This document shows, one piece after another, positions 40,985-54,739 of a DNA stretch of 64,000 nucleotides. The translations under genes were made by a program, and so were the position numbers. The notes beneath the pieces are model-generated. The model worked only from the letters and a program-made list of their open reading frames with translations, ran no database searches and was not told where the DNA came from. Source of the stretch: Chrysomallon squamiferum (Eukaryota; Animalia; Mollusca); assembly GCA_012295275.1 (NCBI GenBank), contig CM022677.1, positions 2,728,001 to 2,792,000 of the forward strand. Direction: 5' to 3'. How positions within the stretch are numbered: the first letter of the stretch is position 1; each line of letters starts with the position of its first letter.

Positions 40985-41315
40985 GCTATATTGATTACAG
41001 TTTAGTGATATGTGCTCACAAACATAGATTAGAGTTAGGTCCCTTACATGAGATGTACTCAGTAAACAAATTAAAGATTATATCGATTAGACTTATCTCC
41101 CTTTAGTGATATGTGTTCACAAACATAGATTGGAGTTATGTCCCTTTTGTGAGATGTACTCACTAAGCAAAGTGAAAATTGTATCGATTACAGTTATCTC
41201 CCTTACGTGACATGTACTCACTAAATAAAGTAAAAATTATATCGATTAGAGTTATCTCCCTTTAGTGATATGTGCTCGCAACTTTAGCCCTACGTGAGAT
41301 GTACTCACTAAGCTT
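40985..41315. repeat. Short tandem array built on the gagttat[cg]tccctt motif
   Basis: Alternating ~40-bp sub-units: tttagtgatatgtgctcacaaacatagattagagtt and cccttacgtgagatgtactcactaagcaaagt...atcgatta. Confidence 0.75.
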
Positions 41316-42085
41316 ACGTACGCTAATTATCCATATGGGATAAATGGAATCTCGAAAAATGCCGGGGACTAGGGCAGGGGGCGGATAGATAAAAATAACT
41401 GAGAACACTTTCCCCTGGCAGACAGCCCGTGCTTCCGGGGTAGGGCGGGAGGGCATGTGTTCAACTCACCTTTTCTGTCCGGGATCATAAACATGGGCTG
41501 AAGATTGTACAAGCACTAGGGGCTTTTAAGATTAAACTGGTAATTAAATGTTTAAAAAAGTAATATTGTTTTTGTTTACTGACTGAAAATATAGAAACTT
41601 ATCTAGTGATCATATTTTGCAATTACTGATAGTGACTTCAGGATTTATCTGATCTATCTATCTATCCGTGCATACACGTGCATACACATACATACATATG
41701 CACGCATGCACTTACACACTGTTTGATAGAGGTAAGCTTCTGAAAATCGACTGAATATTGACGAGTATAAATAAAATATATATGAATCCATGATGTGTGT
41801 TTACATTGGTGTGTGTTGGTGCACACATTTGCATACAACAAACACATAAATTAAGCTATGCATTTCTTTATTTATTTTTTATTTGTTTTTCATCCATTTT
41901 CCAATCCAGTGCCTCCTGAAATCATTATTAGAGATTTCAAAAATGATTTTTGTAAAATGATTTTAAATAATTACATATATTTATCTTGTCAATCAATTGA
42001 TATTTGTTAAACAGTTTACACAAATACTTTGTAAATAATGTTTATCAATATTCTGCCTTATAACATGATCAGTATAACATTAATT

Positions 42086-42520
42086 CAGTGATTCTCAACC
42101 AGTGTGCCACGAGATCTTCCTATGTGTGCCGCAAAATTTTGAACGGCACACTAAGAAAATGCGAAAAACCACGTGATCCCAAAATAAAACAAACAGTAGA
42201 ATGCAAGGTAAAAACGAAAATATTCTCACTTCAACAGACAAGTTAGTTGCCCTCAAAAAGAAAATAGTGATTTGGAAAAAAAAGAGCAATCACTGTCAAC
42301 CTTTATATGTTCCCTTTATTGCGTTCTACCTGCATTAGAGAAATGATCCCTATTGTGTTTACTCACCTGACAGCCTGGACGAAAGCATCAACAATAAGCT
42401 TCCGTCATTAAAGACAGAAAAATATGATTCGATTAGAGATCCTTTCATAAATTATTCCAACATTGAACTTGAATTACAGGAAGAAGAAGAATTGGCCGCA
42501 TTTTCTAATGACATTCAGTT
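42086..42520 (+). mobile_element. Internally deleted hAT (Buster/Charlie-type) transposon relic
   Basis: Terminus cagtgattctcaaccagtgtgcc joined to C-terminal transposase remnants MQGKNENILTSTDKLVALKKKIVIWKK, YD.IRDPF and LQEEEELA. Confidence 0.75.
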
Positions 42521-42644
42521 GTTAATGATTTAGTGGAACTTTATGGCTAATGAATTACATTAGGTATATTGATAACCACAACAGTAAAGCATTAAACAGC
42601 ACATTTCTAAAGTTATAAAGCATGTTTTATATTCCATTTATATA

Positions 42645-43482
42645 TCAGTAGTATGGTTGAAATAACAGTGACAGATTAGTAGTAATATCAGTAGTATGGT
42701 TGAAATAACAGTAATATCAGTGACAGATTAGTAGTAATAGCAGTAATATCTCTGAAGTAGCAGTCACTGATTAGTGGTAATATTAGTAGTATGGCTGATG
42801 TAACAGTGACAGATTAGTAATAATAGCGTAGTATTGCTGAAGTAATTGATAGATTAGTAATAATAGTGGTATTGCTGAAATAAAAGTGATTAGTAGTAAT
42901 ATCAGTAGTATCGCTGAATAACAATGGTAGATTAGAAACAATAGCAGTAGTATCGCTGAAGTAACAGTGATAGATTACTAGTAATACAGTAGTATCGCTG
43001 AAGTAACAGTGATAGATTACTAGTAATACAGTAGTATCGCTGAAGTAACAGTGATAGATTAGTAGTAATACAGTAGTATCGCTGATGTAACAGTGATAGA
43101 TTACTAGTAATACAGTAGTATCGCTGAAGTAACAGTGATAGATTACTAGTAATACAGTAGTATCGCTGAAGTAACAGTGATAGATTACTCGTAATACAGT
43201 AGTATCGCTGAAGTAACAGTGATAGATTACTAGTAATACAGTAGTATCGCTGATGTAACAGTGATAGATTACTAGTAATACAGTAGTATCGCTGAAATAA
43301 CAGTGATAGATTAGTAGTAATACAGTAGTATCGCTGAAGTAACAGTGATAGATTACTAGTAATACAGTAGTATCGCTGAAGTAACAGTGCTAGATTACTA
43401 GTAATACAGTAGTATCGCTGAAGTAACAGTGATAGATTACTAGTAATACAGTCCTATTGCTGAAGTAACAGTGGCAGATTAG
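42645..43482. repeat. 42-bp minisatellite
   Basis: Unit gtaacagtgatagattactagtaatacagtagtatcgctgaa; about 12 near-perfect copies from 42945, preceded by degenerate copies. Confidence 0.95.
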
Positions 43483-43612
43483 CAGTTTTGAGAGATTTAT
43501 AGATATAAAAAAAAGGATACTATGTAAACAGTTTTTGAAATGTTTTAAATATATTTATAAATGCATCGTTCTAGAAGTGTATTTCTGTACAATCCCGAAT
43601 GATGATGTTAGT

Positions 43613-43680
<68 letters not shown>

Positions 43681-44167
43681 ATATTTTTGTGTAGATAACA
43701 ACTGCTGAAATCTCTATATCTATAGCCCATTTTGCATCCACTATTTCCCATTTTTTCTCTGAGGTTGATTCACCTTAAACTGATTTGACATACAGATATT
43801 ACGATCATGATGCATATACATCTCTAACGCTGGGTTTGATCTTTTCTCAAGATTGTAGACTTATTTATATTTCCCGCCGATCTTTCCATGTCAGTGGAAA
43901 TCTTTAGTTGAAAATTATTTCGTCATTTTTAAATAGAAATCCATTGCTGAAAAAAGCAATCGTTTTGAAGAAAACGATAGATTATTTCATATGTTTTACA
44001 ATTTGTTGCATTTATAAAATAAATGTTAGTTTAGGTATCCGTGTGTGTGACTGTGTGTGTGTGTGTGCGTTAGTCTCGTTATTATTATTTTATTGTTGTT
44101 GTTATTATTCATTTATTTATTTTATTTTATTTTATTTTATTTTATTTTATTTTATTTTATTTTAAAG

Positions 44168-45166
44168 CTACCGAATTAAAATCCCAACAGAAAAACTGTT
44201 TGATCCACATCCTGATAAAGGTGAGACAAGAATCATATTTGAATTTTATTTCATTTGAAATGGTCTCAAATTTTGAAATGCTTTCAGTGTTTCTTAAAAA
44301 ATGGAGAAATAAACAAACAGAAATAAAAAGAAGCCCATAAACATAAATCACAATAGTGACATATATAATGTATGGCTCATACCTAGGATGCCACCAAACG
44401 ATTTTGGTTCTGATGAAATTATTTAAAATATGTTTGTATAGGGGTGAACTGTCATAGGCATGGTTTATTTTAGATACGTCTTTGAATGCAAAAGAACCAA
44501 TTAATATATTTTAGCTTTTAAAAATACGTTAGTGAGTTTTCAGCAGAGTATCTTAGATACTTCTGTCTTATTAGTTCATATTTGTCTTTCAGAACCAATT
44601 CATCCAAGAAAACGAAAACGCAAGGTAAATTAAAAACGACGTTAAAATAATCTTTTAAATTGTTTTAAATCTCGAAAAATAACAATTCAGAAATATGTTT
44701 TAAATTTTGTTGTAAAAGAAAGTAATAGTAAATGATAGTAGATATGAAAGACGTATAAAGATAATAAAATGATGACAATTCGATTTAAACACTGGAATAA
44801 TATTTACATTATGAAAAATTAGAATGTAATTTGATATTCAGTCTTGCTACAACGACATATTGTTTTCATCTACATCCAGTGGTTATGAATTATAAAGGTT
44901 TTATTTATTTATTTATTTATCTTGACTTTATTATTTCATTACATTGTGTCACTTTTCAGTTGATTCACTTTAATCACTCTTTAATACAGTTTTAAACACA
45001 CACGCACACACACATTGATATTAATAATCAAAAGAAATGTTACCACAATACAACTGAAATTTCACAAATATATTAAAACATATTAACTTTCATATGTTTT
45101 TATTTAACATTTCAGCGCGCCAGGAAAAGACACCCTAAAAAAGCAAAAAACATTTCAAGAAAGTAA
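44168..45166 (+). CDS. Three small phase-compatible terminal exons encoding a Lys/Arg-rich C-terminal tail of an unidentified gene
   Basis: 44168-44220, 44593-44624 and 45116-45166 splice AG/GT in frame to YRIKIPTEKLFDPHPDKEPIHPRKRKRKRARKRHPKKAKNISRK*, with AATAAA about 25 nt after the stop. No upstream exon was resolved. Confidence 0.45.
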
Positions 45167-45938
45167 TATTCTACCATAACCTGTATATAATAAAGAAATC
45201 AACTCTTCGTGATTCTTAGAATCTACATTTAACTGAGAAAACCATAAATAACAAATACCGCAAATAAAAGAGAAATCCCACCTTCCCCCGAAATAATATA
45301 TTATATGAAATTATATGAGAGTAATCTCCCTTCAGCTATAGTTTCTTTCTTCTGTTTGTGGGGTTCTCGGTGTACGTCATTGCACACCACAGAAAATCGC
45401 TGATAACGAAACGTCGTATATAGCTGTATAATCAGTAATAAACGTAAATGTGTAGGTACGTTCCAGGAATATCAGTTTACATACTATAAAGAATATACTG
45501 TATCTATAAATATGTGATAAATAACTAAAATATAAACAATAAAAATAAATACAGTGGACACTGTCAAAACCGGATGATTCACTGAGACCAACGTGATATA
45601 CCGTTTTACACAGAGTGCAGATTTCTAAAGACTAAAATAACCTAAAACAGGAATATTGTTTCATTATAAATGTTGAGCATAAACAGTCTGTCATTGTTGA
45701 CTGTGTTTTTTTTGGGGGGGGGTAAGTTTTAATTTTGTTTTTATATTTCTTTCTCTGTCATGACCTCCAAGTTAAATATTAATTGCAAAAGCTGCTTTCG
45801 ATAACAACAGATTTCAGATATTTTTAAAAGTGGCATAGAAACTGTTTTAATGTCTTAAATTTCAGCATCACTGTTAAAATCATGATAAAACAATTTTCGG
45901 TGAGAAATGCAGAATCTCTTCTTTAGCAGGCTTAAGAA

Positions 45939-46310
45939 TTAGAAGCGGTTTTTGATATTGCAATGGTAGCGACATTTCAAACGATGTCGCTGTCGTACTT
46001 TAATAACGTCTTCACCACGACAGAGAGCATCGAAAGTTGTTTTTTCTTTAACTCTGGCATTTTTTCTCTTTTCTTTCCTAAGTTTTGATATACTTGAATA
46101 CTTTTTTCTTCTGTTCGGAGCACGTTCAAGTCCACGAGCTAACATTAACAGTTTATTTGTCAAATTTAAAACGTGTTCTATATGTGCCGCTAATTCTCTA
46201 CCGTGTATTTCATAGTCATGAAGTTCTAACCGAGATACGTTCTGAATTTTTTCTGTTCTTACTTTCTCAAGACTTGTCTCCATCCAGATATGTATAGAAG
46301 AAAATATCAC
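45939..46310 (-). CDS. Hypothetical basic ORF or exon fragment (123 aa as annotated; first ATG at METSLEK)
   Basis: Non-repetitive open frame in AT-rich DNA; no recognisable motif. Confidence 0.2.
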   Translation of the reverse strand: MIFSSIHIWMETSLEKVRTEKIQNVSRLELHDYEIHGRELAAHIEHVLNLTNKLLMLARGLERAPNRRKKYSSISKLRKEKRKNARVKEKTTFDALCRGEDVIKVRQRHRLKCRYHCNIKNRF

Positions 46311-48639
46311 TTTTAAATTCCGGGAAAAGCGCTGGGTATATTTTAGATGACTACTTTTTCTAAGCTGGAGTCAGTGAGATGGAGAACGATGAAAGTGATT
46401 TTCATTAATTACACCACAGCCTGTGTTCTTAATTTTCTGGTTATTAATATTTAACCAGTCAACTTTAAGAAATGTGGTACTTATTCGTCCTAATTGTTAT
46501 TTTACTTATCATTTTAATTAGTATTATTGTAGTTGTTGTGTTTACAAGAATAAAGAAATAAATAAATAAATATGTTTTTAATTTTAATACCGACTTAATT
46601 TAAATAATTTAAATAATGCAGATTGGATATTTATATCATATTAGGCGTATTATGTAGATGAGAAGGCGGCAGTTTAATCTGATATTTTAAAAGCTTCAGT
46701 TAAAATTTTACTGATAACTGGAGGAGAAACATTATTATTTACTTGATAGTAAAGACATTATTGTTATGGTTTAATAGGATTAAATAAATGATATATTTCG
46801 TCTAGCTAACTGAAAATATCCTCATATCTCATAAAACACTAGTTCAGGAGGACAGGCATGTTGTCTATGATGTAAGTTATAAAGTATAATATTAACTATA
46901 AGATTTTTCCTAGTAGAATAAAATGTACATGAAATTATCAATGTTATGATGCAAAATAGAGGAAAATATAATAAAATATCACGTTATTTTCACTCAGTAT
47001 CAATTTATAATATAAACGTCGCTGGTTTTATGTATTAACGTGAAGTAATGTAATCTGTTCTGCTGTTAATCAAATATCACATTTATATGGATCTGACCTT
47101 TTATTTTATAGCGGCATTCAGCGCTGGACTTGTAAATTCAGAAATAAATAACTTAATGACTAGATATACAGGGAAAGCGCTCTGTAGTGAAATATTTTTC
47201 TGTTAAACTCAGTTATAATTTCTTCTCAACAAAAAAATAAAAAATAAAAAATTTACTTGAATCACAAAATATGATTTTGTAAAGCAAACGACATTAAAAT
47301 TGAAATTCACAGAGATAAGCTAAGTTTGTATTAAAATTAAAATTATATTTATTTATTTATTTATTTATTTCAGTTAAAGATAATCAGTGTAAATAGTGGT
47401 ATTCCTAATATTTCAAGCTATTTTTGGTTGAATCTCAGTTTATAAAACTGAAATCTTGTTAATTTATAGAACGTAAATTCCGTCCAGCAATTTGTCCATA
47501 GAAAACTACACTGTACTTCAAAGTTTCGTGTTTCAGTAAATACTCAAATACGATTTGTATCATGACTTGACTTTTGAAAGAACAAAACTGGACAGCAGAA
47601 TTTTTAATGAAACACGTGTTATCCAGACAGTCAGCTACACGTCTGCACAGCCCGACTTGTCTTCACAAGTTTCACCCAAACGTTTCTTCACAAAACACGC
47701 CGTTTTATAGGACGAACAAGTACCAAATTTCTTAAAATATTCTGGTTAAATATTTAGTTTTATCTGTAATAATCATGTGATTTTTTTTTTGTGTATAATC
47801 TCTAAAATGACGTTAATCCACAAGCGCGCGCTATAATTCTGAATATCCACTGATCTTCTATAAAACAAAATATTTATCTTGCGCATTCTGCGTTAGTAAT
47901 TATAAGTAATACGTCAAGTCATAAAATGTCATATTATTAATCTATCCTCTTCACACCTTTTAAACTATAATCCTACATTGGTGATTAAAGAAAAAAAATA
48001 AAAAATAAAAATCCAGAAGCCCATTTAATATGTTCAGTATACACCTCTCACCTTCATACTAAATTATATAAAATGTTTTTTATTATACGATGTAAATGTT
48101 TTATTTATTTATTTATTTATTTATTTATTATTATTATATTCTCAAATAATTGTCTCGCTCATTCTCTGTTTTTTTATCTTTTTTTTCTGTTTTTCATTAA
48201 AGAGGATTGAAAAGTTGATATCTCCTGGTTACTTGTCTGTGTGAAGCTATAGCTACGTCATAAAATATACTGACATCCAGACTGGAGCGATGATGTTAAC
48301 GTTTGAAGTCTTCTGGATATTGAGAAGGAAGGAAATCGAATAAAGATTAAAATGTTCTTTTCTTTATATTACTATTGTTGTTGTCGTTGTCGTAGTCGTT
48401 GTTGTTGTTGTTTTATGTGTGTACTGTAGCATTATAGTAAACATTACAGGTGTAATTTTACTGTGAAAACACTGTGTACTTTCAGAAATGTAGATTCGGC
48501 TTCCAGGTTAGCGTGTTTTTATAAACAACAGTAGAATTATATGTGAATATCGAGAACGCTTCCATACTGATGTGATATTTTATTAACAGAACTTGTTTCA
48601 CTGAAAAGCTAAGTAGGAGTAATTTTAAAGATAAATATA

Positions 48640-48980
48640 TAATGGAGAAATAATAGCCATTGCTTCCTATTCTGTAAAGGTCAGATTATGTAATGTGTTA
48701 AAGTAATTAGTAGGGAGTAAGTTCTAGCAAGATAAAGATCTCTGTCTCCTATTGGGAACGTTCATGTGACATGACCGTATATGGCAATTGCTGTCTGGAA
48801 TTTTTCGGGTGACGATCTCAGAGCAAAAGGATTCACTTTGGCCTTGGACATTGCAGGACTTAAACTATTGCTAGTGAAGGTGGCGACACGAGTGTGTGTG
48901 TGTGTTTTTTAATTTTTTTTTTTATTTATGTATTTTTTTTATTGGTTTGGTGTTTTTAGTTTGTAACTGTAGAATTTATA
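48640..48980 (+). mobile_element. Partial LTR, a diverged inverted copy of 60745-61095
   Basis: Reverse-complement match, e.g. aatggagaaataatagccattgcttcctattctgtaaagg ... ggtggcgacac ... gtttgtaactgta. Confidence 0.65.
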
Positions 48981-49409
48981 TATATAATGAACACGTTAAA
49001 AAAAGCACATTAATTTATTTCTCAATTTTTAAAGAAAAATAATACCACCTCCTCTAGCTCTGACTTCTTTACAGTTTGCTGGTTTTGTTACGCGTGATTA
49101 TCATGTATATCCTGGCTAAGTGCTCTAGAGGAAACTTATTAACTTATCAACTATTAGTCAATGAAATATGCTACGCAATCTAAACTACAGGTATAAATGA
49201 ATAAACGTTTACTACATCCTCTAAACTTAATATTCACGTGAATGCTGACATCCTAATAAACCTGTTATTATTACTATTTTCATTCAGTTCTTCATGTGAA
49301 AAAAAAAGGTAAATATTCTTGGATGAGTTTGGAATCATGTACATGAGGTATCTCTCTTCAGTTAGCAATCTTGATATATATATATTTATCGATAATGTCA
49401 TTTTTTAAA

Positions 49410-50617
49410 TTAATAACACTGCATTTTATTTTTTTTTAAAAACAAAGAAAAAACTCATACCTATAAATTTATATTCAGCGAAAAGAATGGTGCAATTTAC
49501 ACGTGAAATTTTACTACAGTTGATATGGGTAACTGTAATTTAATAACGATGATATTTACTCATACAGAAAACCCGAGTATTGAGAAATACAGAGTGTACA
49601 CCAGAATCTTGCTACATCGCAGTTCTAAAATGTGCTCCAGTTTTGTTTATTATCTTATAAGTAGATTTATGTCAGCATGGTCCAGCATGCTTCGGTAGTT
49701 ATAAAGATTTGTTCGGTATCATTCGTCAGTTTCCGGCTGCGAACGCAATCGCATGTAAAATTATTATTATGATACAGCTGAATAACAAAATTAGTATATT
49801 TTTATATTGTCTTCGCCTCAGAAAAGGGTTTATAAAGGGTTGTCATTTATTTATTTATTTATTGAAACTACTGTCTTAATCGAGACCTGTCTTCAACTCG
49901 CACCAGACCGTTTTACTCTTGAACGATGAACGATAAAAGAAAGAATAACGTATAACAATAAATGTTCTCTTATTAATAATATTATTATTTATCTCCAAAA
50001 CAGACATCACAGGAAGAAATCCAACTTTTAGGAACTTGGGTCATGGTGTAAGATTCTAATCATGTTTATACAAATAATTCTCAGTTTCATAAACAATGGA
50101 AGTTTACTAAACATTTTTTTCTTTTTGTTTACAGTAAAGAAATACATACCAGTTTGAAAATATGTTACGGCTTTGTTTATCTTATAAATGGATTTAAAAT
50201 GACCACCGTATGTGTGTGTGTGTGAAATATAAATATATTTTCTTTCATTTTAATTTTATTTTTATTTTTTCAACGAAAAGTGACATTTTTTTTTTTATTC
50301 TTTTACATTATTTTCATTTTTCATTTACATGGTATTCATTTTATTGTTATATTTTTTCTTTTCTTTTCCTCTTTTTCTTAATGAACCAAAACAGATAATG
50401 TATTTGAATCTGAATTTGCTGAAAAACAACTAGACAGACAGATAGAAACGTTTATCCATGTGTTTAAATAAAATATATATTTTGATGGATTAAATAACTA
50501 TTTTTAGAATGTTAGTTAAATTAATAAATTAATAAAATATAATTATGTATTTTGAAAAATAAAAATTACTAGTGTAATACTATCTCCCATGCACATGCGC
50601 AGTCTATTTAGATCTAC
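49410..50617 (+). repeat. 1.2-kb direct duplicate of 51081-52292
   Basis: Collinear from taataacactgcattttatt to cccatgcacatgcgcagtctatttagatctac, with scattered substitutions. Confidence 0.92.
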
Positions 50618-51840
50618 ATGTTTATTAGGATGTCAGCATTCACGTTAATATTAAGTTCAGAGGATGCCATAACTATTGGTAAACATTTCTTCAGATCTAC
50701 CTGTAGTTTAGATTGCGTAGCATATGCCATTGACTAATAGTTGATAAGTTAATAAGTTTCCTCAAGAGCACTTAGCCAGGATATACATGATAATTATGCG
50801 TAACAAAACCAGCAAACTGTAAAGAAGTCAGAGCTAGAGGAGGGGGTATTATTTTTCTTTAAAAATAGAGATAAATTAATGTGCTTTTTTAACGTGTTCA
50901 TGTCCTTTTTTAACTTAATAACACTGCATTTATTTTTCTTTAAAAATTGAGAAATAAATTAATGTGCTTTTTTAACGTGTTCATGTCCTTTTTTAACTTA
51001 ATAACACTGCATTTATTTTTCTTTAAAAATTGAGAAATAAATTAATGTGCTTTTTTAACGTGTTCATGTCCTTTTTTAACTTAATAACACTGCATTTTAT
51101 TGTTTTTTAAAAACAAAGAAAAAAATTCAGCGAAAACAATGGTGCGATTTACACGTGAAATTTTACTACAGTTGATATGGGTAACAGTAAGTGATAACAA
51201 CGATGATATTTACTCATACAGAAAACCCGAGTATTGAGAAATACAGAGTGTACACCAGAATCTTGCTACATCGCAGTTCTAAAATGTGCTCCAGTTTTGT
51301 TTATTATCTTATAAGTGGATTTATGTCAGCATGGTCCAGCATGTTTCGGTAGTTATAAAGATTTGTTCGGTATCATTCGTCATTTTCCGGCTGCGAACGC
51401 AATCGCATGTAAAATTATTATTATGATACAGCTGAATGACAAAATTAGTATATTTTTATATTGTCTACGCCTCAGAAAATGTTTATAAAGGGTTGTCATT
51501 TATTTATGTCGTAATCGAGACTTTTCTTCAACTCGCACCAGACCGTTTTACTCTTGAACGATGAACGATAAAAGAAAGAATAACGTATAACAATAAATGT
51601 TCTCTTATTAATAATATTATTATTTATCTCCAAAACAGACATCACAGGAAGAAATCCTACTTTTAGGAACTTGGGTCATGGTGTAAGATTCTAATCATGT
51701 TTATGTAAATAATTTTCAGTTTCATAAACAACTGAAGTTTACTAAACATTTTTTTCTTTTTGTTTACAGTAAAGTAATACATACCAGTTTGAAAATATGT
51801 TACGGGTTTGCTTATCTTATAAATGGATTTAAAATGACCA

Positions 51841-51896
<56 letters not shown>

Positions 51897-54490
51897 TAAA
51901 TATATTTTCTTTCATTTTAATTTTATTTTAATTTTTACAACGAATAGTGAAACCTTTTTTTTTAATTCTTTTACATTATTTTCATTTTTTATTTAAATGG
52001 TATTCATTTTGTTGTCATATTTTTTTCTTTTCTTTTCTTTTCCTCTTTTTCTCAATGAACCAAAACAGATAATGTATTTGAATCTACATTTGCTGAAAAA
52101 CAACTAGACAGACAGACAGAAACGTTTATCCATATGTTTAAATAAAAAATATATTCTGATGGATGTAAATAACTATTTTTAAAATGTTAGTTAAATTAAT
52201 AAATTAATAAACTATAATTATGTATTTTGAAAAATAAAAATTACTAGTGTAATAATATCTCCCATGCACATGCGCAGTCTATTTAGATCTACGTCAGCGG
52301 ATTTAATTTCGGGTATAAATAAAAACATTTAACGGTTTTACGTCAGTTGACATTTGTATGCCAATATCAGTAGGTCACATTTGTTTTATTTTTTTAATTT
52401 TTTTTTTAAAATATATTTATTGTTAGCAATTTAATTTTTATAATTGTTTATAATCAATAATATTATTTAACTGTATATTTAATTAGTATTAATAAAATAT
52501 TATCGTTATAAATAATTATTGTGCTATAAGAAGAGCACTTCCGAACTGAATTCGAATAAAATCGTATAAAACTTTCTTATTATTTTAAATTTATATTTAT
52601 TATTTATTCATTCTTCTTCTTCTTCTTCTTATTATTATTATTATTATTATTAGAAGTAGTAGTAGTAGCAGCAGCAGCAGCAGTAGTGTTAGCATTATTT
52701 TAATCTGTTATATGTCAAACACAATAACTGTGGTGAGTTCATTTCCGGAAGTTTATATACAAACTAACTGAAAAGTACGCTAAATAACGGAGACTCGCGT
52801 AATTTGCCGAGTACTGCCGGACAATACAAACATATTTACTGTGCGAGACCATTTTGGTAAAGATTTTCTTTACTGATCAAGAAAAAATCAAATAATTCTG
52901 AAGACATTATTTTAAAACGCAATTAGGAAATTCCATCATGAAATAAATAAAAAAAATTGAAAAACTATAATAATAATATTATTTAAAAAATAAATAAATA
53001 AATAAAAGTAAAAAGAACAAACCAAAAATAAATCATAAAAATAATCATATTAATAAAAAAAATGAAATAAATAATTGAAATATGAAATAAATAGATTAAA
53101 GAAAAGAAAAGAAATGAAATGAACATTTACTTGTTTGCGCACAGTGAAACTGCTGTCCGTGGACATATTATATCAAACAAGTCAATTATGTGATTTTATT
53201 TTTGTTTGTAAATGTAGTAACTCTATGTGAACAGAGGCAAAGACATTTATCTGGTATCAAAATTACCAGTTGTGTTGTGTGTTTGTGATTAAATGAAACA
53301 AAATAAACTGACAAACACAATAAAATACAGTTAGGAAAAAGAGGAAAAAAGACAAATTACAAAATAAGCTGATTATTAAAATAGATTTTTGCATTTCTGT
53401 ATGTATCTGATTGTATGACCTCTTAATCTAATATCTGTGTGTGTGTCTGTGTGTGTGTGTGTGCGTGTGTGCGTGCTCTCAACATGATTATAACCACTGC
53501 TTATCAGATTTGTCGGATCAGTCACATCTGCCTGCCTACCTGTCTGATTATTTTTATTTTATCCACTCTAAATACCAACGTACCAATATTCCCTTACAAA
53601 CATACACACGGTTATCAATTGCAAATCTGTCTATATATCGATCTAAATAATCTCTCCCTGTCAGTCTGTCTGTCTGTCTGTATTCCAAAGCACTCTATTT
53701 TTGGGTCTGCCCAACTGTTTCAACTTATTTCTACTGATACTTGTATCTTTATCGTTATGTTTATTTCACGAATGTTACAAAAATAATCACAATATCAGAA
53801 GTATCTTTGATTATGTTTCTGCAAGTGTGTATTGGATATTAAGAAAAAAAAAGCAAAAAAAAAGCACAAAACAAAAACATAATTATATTTATAATAGAAT
53901 GAAGTTATGAATTTTCAAAGATATATATATTAATATCAAATGAATGATTTTTTAACTTTGTATGTAAATATTCTTAGCAGAGTTTGGAACACACGGTATG
54001 ACATATTATGAAACAAGCCTATAAAAAGATTTCTTCAAAATGGCAATATTGAAAAAACAAAAACTTTGGAACAATTTGACTGACAATTTTAAATATTTTG
54101 TTTCTGAAATCAGGATAAATATATCTTTAGTCAACCTTGTATTTCCTAAACTGAAAATCACTTTTCAGTACCTAACAACTCCTCCAACGACAAAAAGCAA
54201 CAAGAACAATAATATAGATAAAGAAAAAGTAAAACTGATAATAACAATAACTGAAATAAAAATATAAGTTTTAAAAGTTATGAGATAATAAAACAGCAAA
54301 AAAAAAAAAATAATAATAAAATAAAAATAAATAAAAATCATAAATTTCATGAAATCACATCACATATAAACCTTAAATATGTGTGTGTGTGTGTTTGACA
54401 GTAGATTTTTATTTATTTTGAATGCATTTTTAAAAGTATCCACAAACAATTTAAACCCTGTACACATATCATTTTAGATGCGAAACTGAC
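50616..54490 (+). repeat. Left arm of a large inverted repeat (pairs with 56723-60300)
   Basis: Reverse-complement collinearity from acatgtttattaggatgtcagc (50616/60300) to cattttagatgcgaaactgac (54490/56723). Confidence 0.92.
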
Positions 54491-54739
54491 ATTGTGTAAT
54501 AAATTCATGTAAAGTTCCATGCTATATGTTATGAACATTGGCCCTGCATGTACAGTCCTTGTGCAAAGATTAACGTTAGTGAAACAAACAGATAAAACGT
54601 ATAAGTAAAAAAATGTACTGCCATAAAAAATAAAATAAAAATAGATATAGTTCAACAACAGAAATAAAATTAATAGATATTTTTGGATTATAATTAATTT
54701 TGTTTTCTCCTACAATGTTACTGCAGTTATCAATACGAA

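Noticed and set aside
42945-43470. 42-bp (14-codon) repeat as a possible coding repeat
   Set aside because: Most frames contain stops, and there is no start or splice context; it is a plain minisatellite.
45550-45630. Possible pogo/Tigger-like terminus tacagtggacactgtcaaaaccgga
   Set aside because: No matching second terminus or transposase remnant was found by eye.
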